Of a stretch of 64,000 nucleotides of DNA, positions 63,996 to 64,000 are shown in pieces. The translations under genes were made by a program, and so were the position numbers. The notes under the pieces were generated by a model, which ran no database searches, was not told the DNA's origin, and worked only from the letters and a program-made list of their open reading frames with translations. This DNA is from Mustelus asterias (lineage: Eukaryota): the NCBI RefSeq assembly GCF_964213995.1, contig NW_027590117.1:3162001-3226000 (forward strand). Direction: 5' to 3'. Every line of letters begins with the position of its first letter. The stretch's first letter is position 1.

Positions 63996-64000
63996 TGCGC

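Overview
This window is eukaryotic vertebrate DNA, most likely from a shark (cartilaginous fish), inferred from HE1/V-SINE-like and DeuSINE-like repeats and CR1 LINEs. It is part of a replication-dependent histone gene cluster with seven intronless genes: H1, H4, H3, two H2A and two H2B. Each ends in the canonical 16-nt 3' stem-loop followed by a purine-rich U7-binding element. The genes sit in dense retroelement DNA: Rex/Babar-like and CR1 LINEs, tRNA-derived SINEs, a near-complete Penelope-like element (PLE) with inverted pLTRs carrying minimal hammerhead ribozymes, a young full-length Gypsy LTR element and several satellites. The most notable observations are: (1) two copies of a ~325-bp poly(A)-tailed element headed by U2 snRNA nt 1-39; (2) an intact, intronless SLIRP retrocopy with a 15-bp target-site duplication (TSD), head-to-head with an H2B gene; (3) a Gypsy element with no tRNA primer-binding site (PBS), whose PBS is complementary to its own LTR, suggesting self-priming; (4) a decayed ~33-kb mirror-image (inverted) duplication; (5) clean loss of H3 from a paralogous block. 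Coordinates were read by eye, and boundaries of degraded repeats are approximate.
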